Source: Bacillota bacterium (GTDB lineage: Bacteria; Bacillota; Clostridia; Acetivibrionales; Acetivibrionaceae). Taken from it: a DNA stretch of 64,000 nucleotides. The stretch is taken from positions 16,315 to 80,314 of the forward strand of contig JAEZUI010000133.1 in assembly GCA_023421115.1 (NCBI GenBank). The letters run 5' to 3'. The notes below the pieces were generated by a model. It did no database searches. It had not been told where the DNA came from and saw nothing but the letters and a program-made list of their open reading frames with translations. Positions 39,508-48,411 of this stretch are shown in pieces (positions within the stretch are counted from its first letter, which is position 1; every line of letters starts with the position of its first letter). A program made the translations under genes and the position numbers.

Positions 39508-41256
39508 ATGGCTAAAAAACAAGTACTACTGGGAATAGATAATTTTAAGAAACTTATAGACAATAATGGCTATTATGTAGATAAAACTTTGTTAATAAAA
39601 GAACTGATAGATCGCCCGGATCAAATAGTGCTGATAACGAGACCTAGAAGATTTGGAAAAACGTTAAACATGAGCATGCTAAAGTACTTTTTTGAACATC
39701 CTAAATGCAGACAAGATGAATTTGAGCAGGATTCGGGATACCTGTTTGAAAAATTAAATATAGCTAAGGCAGGAGAAAAATACATACAAGAACTTGGAAA
39801 GTATCCTGTAGTTTATTTGACTCTCAAAAACGCAAAACAAAACAATTGGGAAGATACATTATATAATTTGAAATTGACTATAGCGCAGGAATATAGCCGT
39901 CATAAATATTTGTTGGACGGTGAAATACTTACTGAATATGAAAAAGTTAAATATATAGATATTATAAGCATGAAAGCAGAGAGAGTAGAGTACACAAATG
40001 TTATATTACATTTGACAGAATATTTAAAAAGGTACTTCAAAGAAGATTGTATAGTAATTATAGATGAATATGATACACCAATTCAATCCGGTTATATTGA
40101 AGGATATTTTGAAGAAGTAATTGAGTTCCAAAAAAGCATGCTGGTAAAAGGCTTTAAAGACAACAATGCACTTAAACAAGGGATGCTTACAGGAATAATG
40201 AAAGTAGCACAAGAAAGTATATTTAGCGATTTTAACAACCCATCAATAAATACCATATTATCAGAAAGGTATAAAGATAAATTTGGTTTTATCCAATCTG
40301 AGGTTGAAGAAATGGCAGAATATTTTGAACTTACAAGTCATTTAGAAGACATAAAAAACTGGTATGATGGATATATATTTGGGATAGATACGGTGATATA
40401 TAACCCTTGGAGTATAATTAAATACATGAGTACACCAGAAGATGGTCTAAAGCCATATTGGATAAACACAAGCGACAACAGAATGATAAAAGACGTAATG
40501 CAGTTAGATAAAGCAGAAGGTAAAAAAGTAGTAGAGAAGCTAATAAAGGGAGAAGAGGTATCAAAGGTAATTGAAGAAAATATTATATATCAAAGCATAA
40601 AGGATAATCCGGACGTTGCTTGGAGTTTTCTTTTGCATGCAGGGTATCTTAAAGCATGTGGAAAAGAAAAAGAAGGATATGAATCAAAGTTTACGTACAA
40701 ATTAGCGATACCGAATATAGAGATAAAAACAATATATACAGATATAATAATAAGCTATTTTAAAGAAGATGAAGATATTCTTGCAGATGTTAATTATATA
40801 ATAAAAAGTTTGTTTGATAATGATATAGAAGCCTTTGAAAGGCTTATGAAAGAATTGTATTTAGGTCAGGTGAGCTATCATGACGCCAGTTTGGAAAATA
40901 TAAAGGAACGAGAACAAAAGGAGAGGTTTGAAAGTTTCCATCATGGTTTTATGCTGGGGTTGTTTGTACAAATGGGTAGGGAGTTTATAGTAGAGAGCAA
41001 TAAAGAGTATGGTTTAGGACGTCCCGACATAGTTATAATACCGAAAGATATGGATAAAACGGCATATGTTTTCGAATTCAAATGGGATAGCATAAAGGGT
41101 TCAAAAACACTTGATATATTGGTAGATGAAGCGGTAGCTCAAATTAGAGAAAAGAAATACAAAGAAGGAGTTTATAAGGTTCATGGTCACGAAAATATAG
41201 TTTGTATCGGGATGGGTTTTAAAGGTAAGGAATTGAAAATGTTAATAGCAAAATGA
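39508..41256 (+). CDS. AAA-ATPase-like protein with C-terminal PD-(D/E)xK nuclease (PDDEXK_9 type)
   Basis: YYVDKT, RPRRFGKT, IIDEYD, WYDGY, YNPWS, GRPDI...FEFK. Confidence 0.9.
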   Translation: MAKKQVLLGIDNFKKLIDNNGYYVDKTLLIKELIDRPDQIVLITRPRRFGKTLNMSMLKYFFEHPKCRQDEFEQDSGYLFEKLNIAKAGEKYIQELGKYPVVYLTLKNAKQNNWEDTLYNLKLTIAQEYSRHKYLLDGEILTEYEKVKYIDIISMKAERVEYTNVILHLTEYLKRYFKEDCIVIIDEYDTPIQSGYIEGYFEEVIEFQKSMLVKGFKDNNALKQGMLTGIMKVAQESIFSDFNNPSINTILSERYKDKFGFIQSEVEEMAEYFELTSHLEDIKNWYDGYIFGIDTVIYNPWSIIKYMSTPEDGLKPYWINTSDNRMIKDVMQLDKAEGKKVVEKLIKGEEVSKVIEENIIYQSIKDNPDVAWSFLLHAGYLKACGKEKEGYESKFTYKLAIPNIEIKTIYTDIIISYFKEDEDILADVNYIIKSLFDNDIEAFERLMKELYLGQVSYHDASLENIKEREQKERFESFHHGFMLGLFVQMGREFIVESNKEYGLGRPDIVIIPKDMDKTAYVFEFKWDSIKGSKTLDILVDEAVAQIREKKYKEGVYKVHGHENIVCIGMGFKGKELKMLIAK

Positions 41257-41292
41257 AGTTCTTTTGTACAGGGATCAAATAATCCAAATATA

Positions 41293-41324
41293 AAACCCGC
41301 AACCTTTAAATTAAGGTGCGGGTT
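41293..41324. terminator. Hairpin between convergent genes
   Basis: aacccgca-acctt...aaggt-gcgggtt. Confidence 0.6.
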
Positions 41325-41365
41325 ACTTAATATGCTTTTTTGGGTATAGGGGCTTTCTAATTCCT

Positions 41366-42529
41366 TTACTTTTGCCCCAGAAGCTTCATTCTCATCAGTG
41401 CAAAATCTATGGCATTTTGAGCTCCGTCGCCATTCAAATCGGCAGCCTTATCCCAGAACTCATATTTGTTGACGCTCATACCTAACAAAATCATTCTGAA
41501 GGTCCCAAAATCAATTGAATTAAAAATTCCGTCACCATTAACATCACCTTCAAGAACCGCTGTTGGAGTATTTTCAGCAGTAGGTGTTGGTGTAGGTGTT
41601 GGAGGTATTGTCGAAGTTGTTCTACAACGGTCAAAAAATTTAAAAACATCAGGTAACACCACAGGTACCATCCCTGCATGGTCTGCATTTACTTCCTTAT
41701 ATTCGTTTTCATAACCTTTATTGGTCATCCATGTGTTTAGTAGCCTGCTTGCACTTAATGATGGGGCTTGTGTTCCTTCAGTTATAAAGATTGGAGTATT
41801 GCGTACATTATCCCATGGATAGCCTGTTTCCTGCACAAATGGTCCTGACATGGGTGCCAAAGCAGTCCAGTATTTAGAATATTTACCGCCAATATACCAT
41901 GTGCCTCCGCTTCCCATGGAGTGTCCAGTAAGAAATACCGAACCTGTGTCAATAGGATATTCGTTTAATACTATTTCCAATACGTTGATTACGTCTTTTT
42001 CGCTGAGTTCATTTGTACGATCACTGTCCGCTGTAACTTGAGACATGAGTTTTGCTGCTTCATCCGGTTTGCCAAAAGGAGCCGAAAGTCTCAGGAAGTT
42101 TCCATATGCACCGGTATGCCCCATAGGTGAGACAAGTATGTATCCGTGTTGCATGGCAAGATTGATCATTTGATTGTTGTTCTGAACTAAATATGAACTC
42201 TCGTCATTTCCAGCTCCATGCAGGAACATGACCAACGGCAGCTTTGATTTGCCATCCCAGTTGGTTGGAACACAAAGCCGGTAGCGTTCTACAGTATTAG
42301 CTTCAGGAAAATAGTAAGTCCTATTCTGATCACCCTTTGCTTGCCACTGTGAGGAGCCAGGATTGGCAATTGACTTTGCAAGAGCCTGAGACGCAAGCAT
42401 CTGTTCCTCCGCATTGATTTTTGTACCAAAAGAAATTGAACGTTCACCTGCTGCATGTATATATGGAGTTTCAAACATCACTGATAATGTAATTACCAGC
42501 GCTAATACAGAATAAAGTACTTTCTTCAA
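41366..42529 (-). CDS. Secreted alpha/beta-hydrolase (esterase) with C-terminal dockerin
   Basis: Signal peptide, LHGAG, GHSMG nucleophile, PT linker, duplicated GDVNGDG.FNSIDF / ADLNGDG..NAIDF dockerin; TTG start with RBS AAGGGGG. Confidence 0.9.
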   Translation of the reverse strand: MKKVLYSVLALVITLSVMFETPYIHAAGERSISFGTKINAEEQMLASQALAKSIANPGSSQWQAKGDQNRTYYFPEANTVERYRLCVPTNWDGKSKLPLVMFLHGAGNDESSYLVQNNNQMINLAMQHGYILVSPMGHTGAYGNFLRLSAPFGKPDEAAKLMSQVTADSDRTNELSEKDVINVLEIVLNEYPIDTGSVFLTGHSMGSGGTWYIGGKYSKYWTALAPMSGPFVQETGYPWDNVRNTPIFITEGTQAPSLSASRLLNTWMTNKGYENEYKEVNADHAGMVPVVLPDVFKFFDRCRTTSTIPPTPTPTPTAENTPTAVLEGDVNGDGIFNSIDFGTFRMILLGMSVNKYEFWDKAADLNGDGAQNAIDFALMRMKLLGQK

Positions 42530-42806
42530 AACTATACCCCCTTAAAGTGATTGTTTTTTTGGAAATTCATTGGTTATACACTTCAATTATTTCATTAATT
42601 ATACAATTCGTAAATAGATATTTTTTTAGGCAGAAGTTTGAAGAAGATTAAAAATACATACAACTGCAAACTTTTAGGAGAGCTTTTGTTTTAAATTGTT
42701 CTATTGAATTTTTATGAGAAGTTTTTTCTTGTTACTTATTTTAAAGTTACCAAGTATAAAGTATGTTATCATGATAACGAAAAAAGAAACGGTGGTGGTA
42801 GACAAA

Positions 42807-43373
42807 GTGGAGAAAGAAGCCATGTTAATCTCTAATATTTTAAACGGGGATATAAAATCGTTTGAAATTCTAATGGATAAGTATAGAAACCGCATTTATA
42901 ATTTTCTTTTGAAGATGACTTTTTCAAAAGAAGATGCTGAAGATATGACGCAGGAAGTATTTGTACGGGCCTATAACAGTCTATATCAGTATAACAGTAA
43001 ATGGTGTTTTTCTACATGGATATTTAAAATTGCTGTTAATGTGTTTAAAACAGAGTATACAAAGAAAAAAAACAGGGAATCTAAGGAAGTTCAAAGCTTG
43101 TTAAGTAATCAAAGGATTTCAAATATTACTGAACCGGAAAAAGTGCTTGAAAATATCGAAACCAAAATGGAAGTACTTAAAATGCTTGAAGAATTAAAGG
43201 TTGAACAGAGAGCGGCACTGGTTCTTAAATATGTTCAAGGATTTTCATATAAGGAAATAGGGGAAGTATTGAAAGTGTCCCCAGAAAATGCAAAGGTACG
43301 GGTTATGAGGGCTAAGAAACTTCTTGCCAATAACTATAGCAGGCTAAAGGGAGGGATAGTTCATGAAATGTGA
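42807..43373 (+). CDS. ECF RNA polymerase sigma factor (SigW-like)
   Basis: DAEDMTQEVF, FSTWIFKIAVN, GFSYKEIGEVL; start uncertain (ORF open from 42714). Confidence 0.9.
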   Translation: MEKEAMLISNILNGDIKSFEILMDKYRNRIYNFLLKMTFSKEDAEDMTQEVFVRAYNSLYQYNSKWCFSTWIFKIAVNVFKTEYTKKKNRESKEVQSLLSNQRISNITEPEKVLENIETKMEVLKMLEELKVEQRAALVLKYVQGFSYKEIGEVLKVSPENAKVRVMRAKKLLANNYSRLKGGIVHEM

Positions 43374-44523
43374 TAACTTTGACAAGATAGTACTCTATAT
43401 TGATGGAGTATTATCAGATCAAGATTCAAAAGATTTGAAAAATCATATGAGTACTTGTGAGGAGTGTAGAAAAACATTTGAAGTTCTCATTAGTACAAAA
43501 GAATTGCTGAAAGATGAGTTCATTCCGGATGAGAACATTGATATTAAGGTGTTAAATACTATTGATAAAAACAGATATGTTTGTAACAATAAGTTTAGGC
43601 TATTACATAGGATAAATACGTTAAAAAGTAGGTTAAAACCTATTGCAGCAATATTTTTTATGTGTTGTATTACGTTTTTATTCTTAAGTCATGGAAAGGA
43701 CTTTAAAAATGCGTTATTATCTTTACCGGCACACCAGTTTCAGGATGTATCTGAGCCTGTTAATATTCTTGTTTTAGGGAAAGACAATTTTAAAAGTACG
43801 GATGCAATTATTTTAATTAACTATGAGCCAAAAAGTGCCCAGTTGAATCTGTTATCTATTCCTAGAGATACAAGAGTAAGTTTAAAAGGCTCACAAACAA
43901 AGCTTAGCAGGCTTTATCAGGAGGGTGGCCCTGATCTTGTGGTAGATACAGTAAGCGATCTACTAAAGGTTGATATAAAATATTATATTTGTTTTGATAT
44001 AGAGAGTGTTAAGAAATTTATTGACATGCTTGATGGAGTGGATTTTGATATTGAATGTGATATGAATTATGATGATCCGTTACAGGGTATACATATAAAC
44101 CTTAAAAAGGGTAAAAGTCACCTATCGGGCGATGAAGTTGTTCAATTTCTTTTGTACAGAATGTCAAATAATCCAAACATAATAGAGAGTGCACACTATG
44201 ATGGAAGTGATTTTCGTAGGATTGAAGCACAACAAAGTATGTTGAGAGAATTGATTAGGCAAAAAACGGACATCAAATATATTTCCAAAATTGACGAACT
44301 TGCACACATAGCTATGGAAGATCTTGAAACAGATATTAAGTTAGATGAGTTTTTAAGTATTTTTATAAATATAGCTAAGTTAAATGCCGATGATGTTAAT
44401 ATGTTTATACTTCCTTTCAAAAATGGAGTAATAGATGGTTGGTTTTATGTCCTTATCAATGAAAAAGAAACAAAAAAAATAACCGATATATATTTTCAGT
44501 CGAGATATATGGAACTCAATTAG
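43363..44523 (+). CDS. Zinc-finger anti-sigma factor fused to LCP (LytR-CpsA-Psr) domain
   Basis: MKC...YIDG.L...HMSTCEEC (HxxxCxxC), one TM, then NILVLGKD, LSIPRDT, MNYDDP, SDFRRIEAQQ; overlaps the sigma stop. Confidence 0.85.
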   Translation: MKCDNFDKIVLYIDGVLSDQDSKDLKNHMSTCEECRKTFEVLISTKELLKDEFIPDENIDIKVLNTIDKNRYVCNNKFRLLHRINTLKSRLKPIAAIFFMCCITFLFLSHGKDFKNALLSLPAHQFQDVSEPVNILVLGKDNFKSTDAIILINYEPKSAQLNLLSIPRDTRVSLKGSQTKLSRLYQEGGPDLVVDTVSDLLKVDIKYYICFDIESVKKFIDMLDGVDFDIECDMNYDDPLQGIHINLKKGKSHLSGDEVVQFLLYRMSNNPNIIESAHYDGSDFRRIEAQQSMLRELIRQKTDIKYISKIDELAHIAMEDLETDIKLDEFLSIFINIAKLNADDVNMFILPFKNGVIDGWFYVLINEKETKKITDIYFQSRYMELN

Positions 44524-44630
44524 TATTATAATGAAATTAAGGGTAGTGAATTCTATAAGTAGAATACAATATTTTAGAAACCAAGAAGGTTAATATTACA
44601 CTATAACTGCTGTCGAATAATTATAAATGC

Positions 44631-44673
44631 AAAAAACGCCATATATGCATGGAAATGCTTATATGGTGTTTTT
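44631..44673 (+). terminator. Putative terminator
   Basis: aaaaaacgccatata...tatatggtgttttt. Confidence 0.6.
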
Positions 44674-44884
44674 GTTAGAATAAATAAACAATTATGATAA
44701 GAAAATTCTAACTACATAAAAGAATAAAGCTAGTTTAATTTTTGTTACAAAAATGTGTGCATAGGAAAAATTGTAACATATATATTGTTTTTGTATAATA
44801 TGTTTGCTATAGTAAAGAAAGTTTCAAAAGTTTACATTAGATAGGGTAGAAGATTATTATAGTAAAGATAGAGAGGTTAGTTCA

Positions 44885-45568
44885 ATGAGGAAATCTATAA
44901 TTTTAATATCAGTAGCTTTATTATTAGCAGTGTCGGGCTATACACTCATAAAATCTAAGGGAGCAGCAGAAAAAATCCTGCCGTCAAAGGGAACCACCGA
45001 GACAAAAAACACAATAGTTTTCCTTGGAGATTCAGTAACTGCCGGATATGGTGTTGAAAGTAGTCAGGCATTTCCATATCTCATAAATGAATATTGGAAG
45101 GATAGTAATATTTCTTTTACATCTAAAAATGAAGGTATTAGTGGAGATACTACAACCGGGGTGTTATCACGTTTGGATAGTATTCTGACGGATGACGTCT
45201 ATATGGTTTTTCTTGAGATTGGAGCAAATGATGCTTTTGAAAAAAAGGATGTCAGAGTAATAAAAGATAATATAAAAACAATAATACAAAGAATTCAAGA
45301 CAGGCAAATTAAAGTTGTTCTAATGGCTATGGATTTACCTAAGGTTGCTTACTTAAAGGATGCGGATTATGTAAAGAGTTTTGCCGCTATTTACGAGGAA
45401 GTTGGCAAGGAATTGGAGATACCTGTTATGCCTTCTTTAGTCAAGGAAAACGATAATAAAAATGATATATGGCAGGAAGATAGAATTCATCCAAGTTCTA
45501 AGGGGCATCAAGTTTTGGCAAAGAATGTGTTGAGGTTTCTAAATAAGGAATGGGTATATGATAATTAA
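44885..45568 (+). CDS. SGNH/GDSL arylesterase (TesA-like), exported
   Basis: GDSVTAG, GISGDTT, GAND, DRIHP; N-terminal signal/anchor. Confidence 0.9.
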   Translation: MRKSIILISVALLLAVSGYTLIKSKGAAEKILPSKGTTETKNTIVFLGDSVTAGYGVESSQAFPYLINEYWKDSNISFTSKNEGISGDTTTGVLSRLDSILTDDVYMVFLEIGANDAFEKKDVRVIKDNIKTIIQRIQDRQIKVVLMAMDLPKVAYLKDADYVKSFAAIYEEVGKELEIPVMPSLVKENDNKNDIWQEDRIHPSSKGHQVLAKNVLRFLNKEWVYDN

Positions 45569-45663
45569 TTTGATGAGCTTTACGATCTGAATATTGAATA
45601 GGCCTAAACAAAAAATATGGTATTATAATAGTTAGATGATTTTATTTTGGAGGGATAAATCAA

Positions 45664-46065
45664 ATGGAGTTTTCATCTTATGGAGGTATGGATACTATGT
45701 TTAGTATCATACCTGTAATTGTAATTTTAGTATTTGTATTTGTAATTGGGGCAATTATTGTGAGCGCGATACGGGGAGTGAGTCAGTGGCAAAAAAATAA
45801 TGAAGCTCCTGTTTTAACAGTTGAGGCAACTGTGGTAGCAAAACGAGCAGATGTTAGTACACACCATCACAATGTAAGAACAGATAATATGAGTCATGTA
45901 TCGTCATCCACTATATATTATGTTACATTCCAAGTGGCTAGTGGAGATCGTATGGAGTTTAAAGTTCGTGATAAGGAGTATGGAATACTAGTGGAAAGTG
46001 ATGTTGGTAGACTGACCTTTCAAGGTACACGCTATTTAGGGTTTGAGCGAATTAGGAATTACTAG
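45664..46065 (+). CDS. DUF2500 domain-containing protein
   Basis: TM, NNEAPVLTVEATVVAKR, YYVTFQ, G.LTFQGTRYLGF. Confidence 0.85.
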   Translation: MEFSSYGGMDTMFSIIPVIVILVFVFVIGAIIVSAIRGVSQWQKNNEAPVLTVEATVVAKRADVSTHHHNVRTDNMSHVSSSTIYYVTFQVASGDRMEFKVRDKEYGILVESDVGRLTFQGTRYLGFERIRNY

Positions 46066-46208
46066 CCCTATTCCAATGAAATATATACAATCAGGGTATT
46101 TCAATATAAAGACTTATTGCTTCTACTTTGCCGTCTTTAACTCTCAGGTAAACGTTGAAAGGCCAATTCAGATATCTATTTTACGGAATATGAGTGTTCT
46201 GATTAATC

Positions 46209-46260
46209 ATCTAGCAAGCAAAAAAACGTTACAAGAAAAACGGTTTTTTGCTTGCTAGAT
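46209..46260. terminator. Long inverted repeat / terminator
   Basis: atctagcaagcaaaaaa...ttttttgcttgctagat (17-bp arms). Confidence 0.7.
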
Positions 46261-46276
46261 TTCTATAGACAAAAAA

Positions 46277-46495
46277 TTAATCAACATAGTCCCATTCAAT
46301 AACATAGCTCTTTCCATATTCGCCCCGCACAATAATTTTAGAACCATCTTGATTCCAAAATGCCATACCAATAGAATCATTAAGACTAGAGGCATAAACA
46401 GTTGTGCTATTAGCGATACCGTCATTTTTTAAGTAAGCTATTCTGACTTCAATATTATTTTCGTTTTTAATAGTATATGCAATCTTATCATAAAA
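46277..46495 (-). pseudogene. Headless 3' gene fragment (beta-propeller-like)
   Basis: Open frame ...DKIAYTIK...AFWNQDGSKIIV...VIEWDYVD* with no upstream start, directly after the terminator of the preceding gene. Confidence 0.45.
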
Positions 46496-46497
46496 AG

Positions 46498-46531
46498 CTG
46501 TAGGGAGTATTATATATGTAACTCCCTACAG
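46498..46531 (-). terminator. Terminator after 46559-48079
   Basis: ctgtagggagt...actccctacag, followed by T tract on minus strand. Confidence 0.8.
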
Positions 46532-46558
46532 TCTCTAAAACTCGCAATTTTGGAGTGA

Positions 46559-48079
46559 TTAATTTATATTTAAATTCCTATACACACCATCCTTAAATTG
46601 TTTAATCGCATTATCTTTATTTACCTCTCCCATAACATATGGATATAATGCATAATCAATAAATACATTCATTATAATATCGTCATACTCAGTCATTGTT
46701 TTACCGTTTATTTTGCCTAATACCGGCTTGTATAAACTATATAGATTTTGATTAATGGTTCGAGAAATGCAACTGTTATCCTCTGCTAAACTGTTAATTG
46801 TTTCTATGTTGCTTGCAAAGTCACCGTATTTAGTTGCCAAGTCCTTATTGTATTCGGCGTTGGTTGTTATATACTCAATAAATTCCCAGGCTAGCTCTTT
46901 TTTAGAGCTTCCGCTGTATATTCCCATCCATGTTCCACCCCAGAAAGTTGGTATTTCAGGTAGTGCAATTCCCCATTTACCGTCTTCTTTGTATTGCTCG
47001 TCCATATTTACATCGATTATCCATGGAACTCCCCATGTTGGTATGGTCCATGCAAAATGCTCATTATCATTAATAGCATAGCACCACTGGGGCGTCCAAG
47101 GCGAAAGATTACCAACAAGTCCTTCATCGTGTAATCTTTTTGAAAGATCCATAAACTCATCAATCTTAGGATCTATAAACAGCTCTCCGTTTTTAATCCA
47201 TCCTGTACTGCGGCTTCCTAAATATATTCTTAACAGCTCATCTAAATTTGGAAACAGCTTTACCTTTCCCGTGCTTTTTTCTTTTATCTTTCTAGCAGTC
47301 TCAAGTATTTTTTCTGAGGATGCAAACATTTTTGATATTTCTTCAGGGTTATCTGTTCCAAGATAAGCCTTTGCAAGATCTCTTTTATATCCTATTCCAG
47401 TGGGAGTGGAATGATGAGATAAAGCTCTTACTTTTCCATCAGGACTTCTTCCAACGTCAATTGTATATGGTACTAATTTTTCATTAAGTGCCTCTGCATT
47501 GTAAGGTGCAGAAGACAAGTTTTCAAAAGAACTCGTGAAATTTACGTACTTCTTTACAAAAGCAGATTCTAGGGCAATAACATCTGCATCTATTGACCCA
47601 GAACTAAGTCCACTAGATAAATGAGTCTGATAAGTTGCGTTTACATCCGAGATGCAATTTATATTAATCTTAACTCCCGGATGGCTAGCCATAAAATCTC
47701 TCGCAAGAACAGAAGCTTCATCTCGATTAAAATGCAAAAGTGTTATTTCTTCAGTATAATCATTTTTGATTTCTTCTTTTATATCATTTTTGCCTAAGAT
47801 TATGGTGCTTGTTTTGTCATCCCAATTAACCGGTACATCTAAAGCGTTTGCGATGGCTCTTAATGGAACATAAGAACGACCATTGTAAATAATAGTGTCC
47901 ATTCTACTTCCGTCCGTATCTTGAGGAATATATTTGTCTCCATTTAATATGTAATTGATGTTAGTGTTAATATCAGCAGTAATTTTTATGATACCTGAAC
48001 TTGCGGCTACTCCTGATATAAAACCAACGATCATTACTGTGGCAATAATGAAACACAGCATTTTTTTTGTAATTTTCAT
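46559..48079 (-). CDS. Copper-amine-oxidase-like N-terminal (stalk) domain fused to sugar-binding (SBP_bac_1-like) domain
   Basis: Signal peptide, IIYNGRSYVPLRAIANALDVPVNWDD; then GYKRDLA, FWGGTWMGI, KELAWEFIEY. Confidence 0.8.
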   Translation of the reverse strand: MKITKKMLCFIIATVMIVGFISGVAASSGIIKITADINTNINYILNGDKYIPQDTDGSRMDTIIYNGRSYVPLRAIANALDVPVNWDDKTSTIILGKNDIKEEIKNDYTEEITLLHFNRDEASVLARDFMASHPGVKININCISDVNATYQTHLSSGLSSGSIDADVIALESAFVKKYVNFTSSFENLSSAPYNAEALNEKLVPYTIDVGRSPDGKVRALSHHSTPTGIGYKRDLAKAYLGTDNPEEISKMFASSEKILETARKIKEKSTGKVKLFPNLDELLRIYLGSRSTGWIKNGELFIDPKIDEFMDLSKRLHDEGLVGNLSPWTPQWCYAINDNEHFAWTIPTWGVPWIIDVNMDEQYKEDGKWGIALPEIPTFWGGTWMGIYSGSSKKELAWEFIEYITTNAEYNKDLATKYGDFASNIETINSLAEDNSCISRTINQNLYSLYKPVLGKINGKTMTEYDDIIMNVFIDYALYPYVMGEVNKDNAIKQFKDGVYRNLNIN

Positions 48080-48313
48080 GATATTCTCTCCTAATAGTTA
48101 TTTCAACTAACTGTCTTTGTATACAGTAATGTTGATATTTTGTTTGATAACAAATCATACTTATGTTACCATAAATAACTATAAATAAAAACCTTTCCGT
48201 TTAGTTTTATTACAATGCATAGTATAAAGCTAAAGTGGCAAAAAATTAGGTCTTATAAACACTGAGTTTTTTCGTTATCCCAGAGTTGGAACTTATATTT
48301 TAATCGTTCCTAA

Positions 48314-48346
48314 ACAAAACCTCCACTTCTTTTGTGGAGGTTTTGT
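48314..48346 (-). terminator. Terminator after GT2 gene
   Basis: acaaaacctccac...gtggaggttttgt. Confidence 0.75.
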
Positions 48347-48411
48347 CTTTCCTCTTTCGAACGAAGTGAAAGAGGAAAAACTGGAAATACTCAATACTCT
48401 GAAGTTTATGC

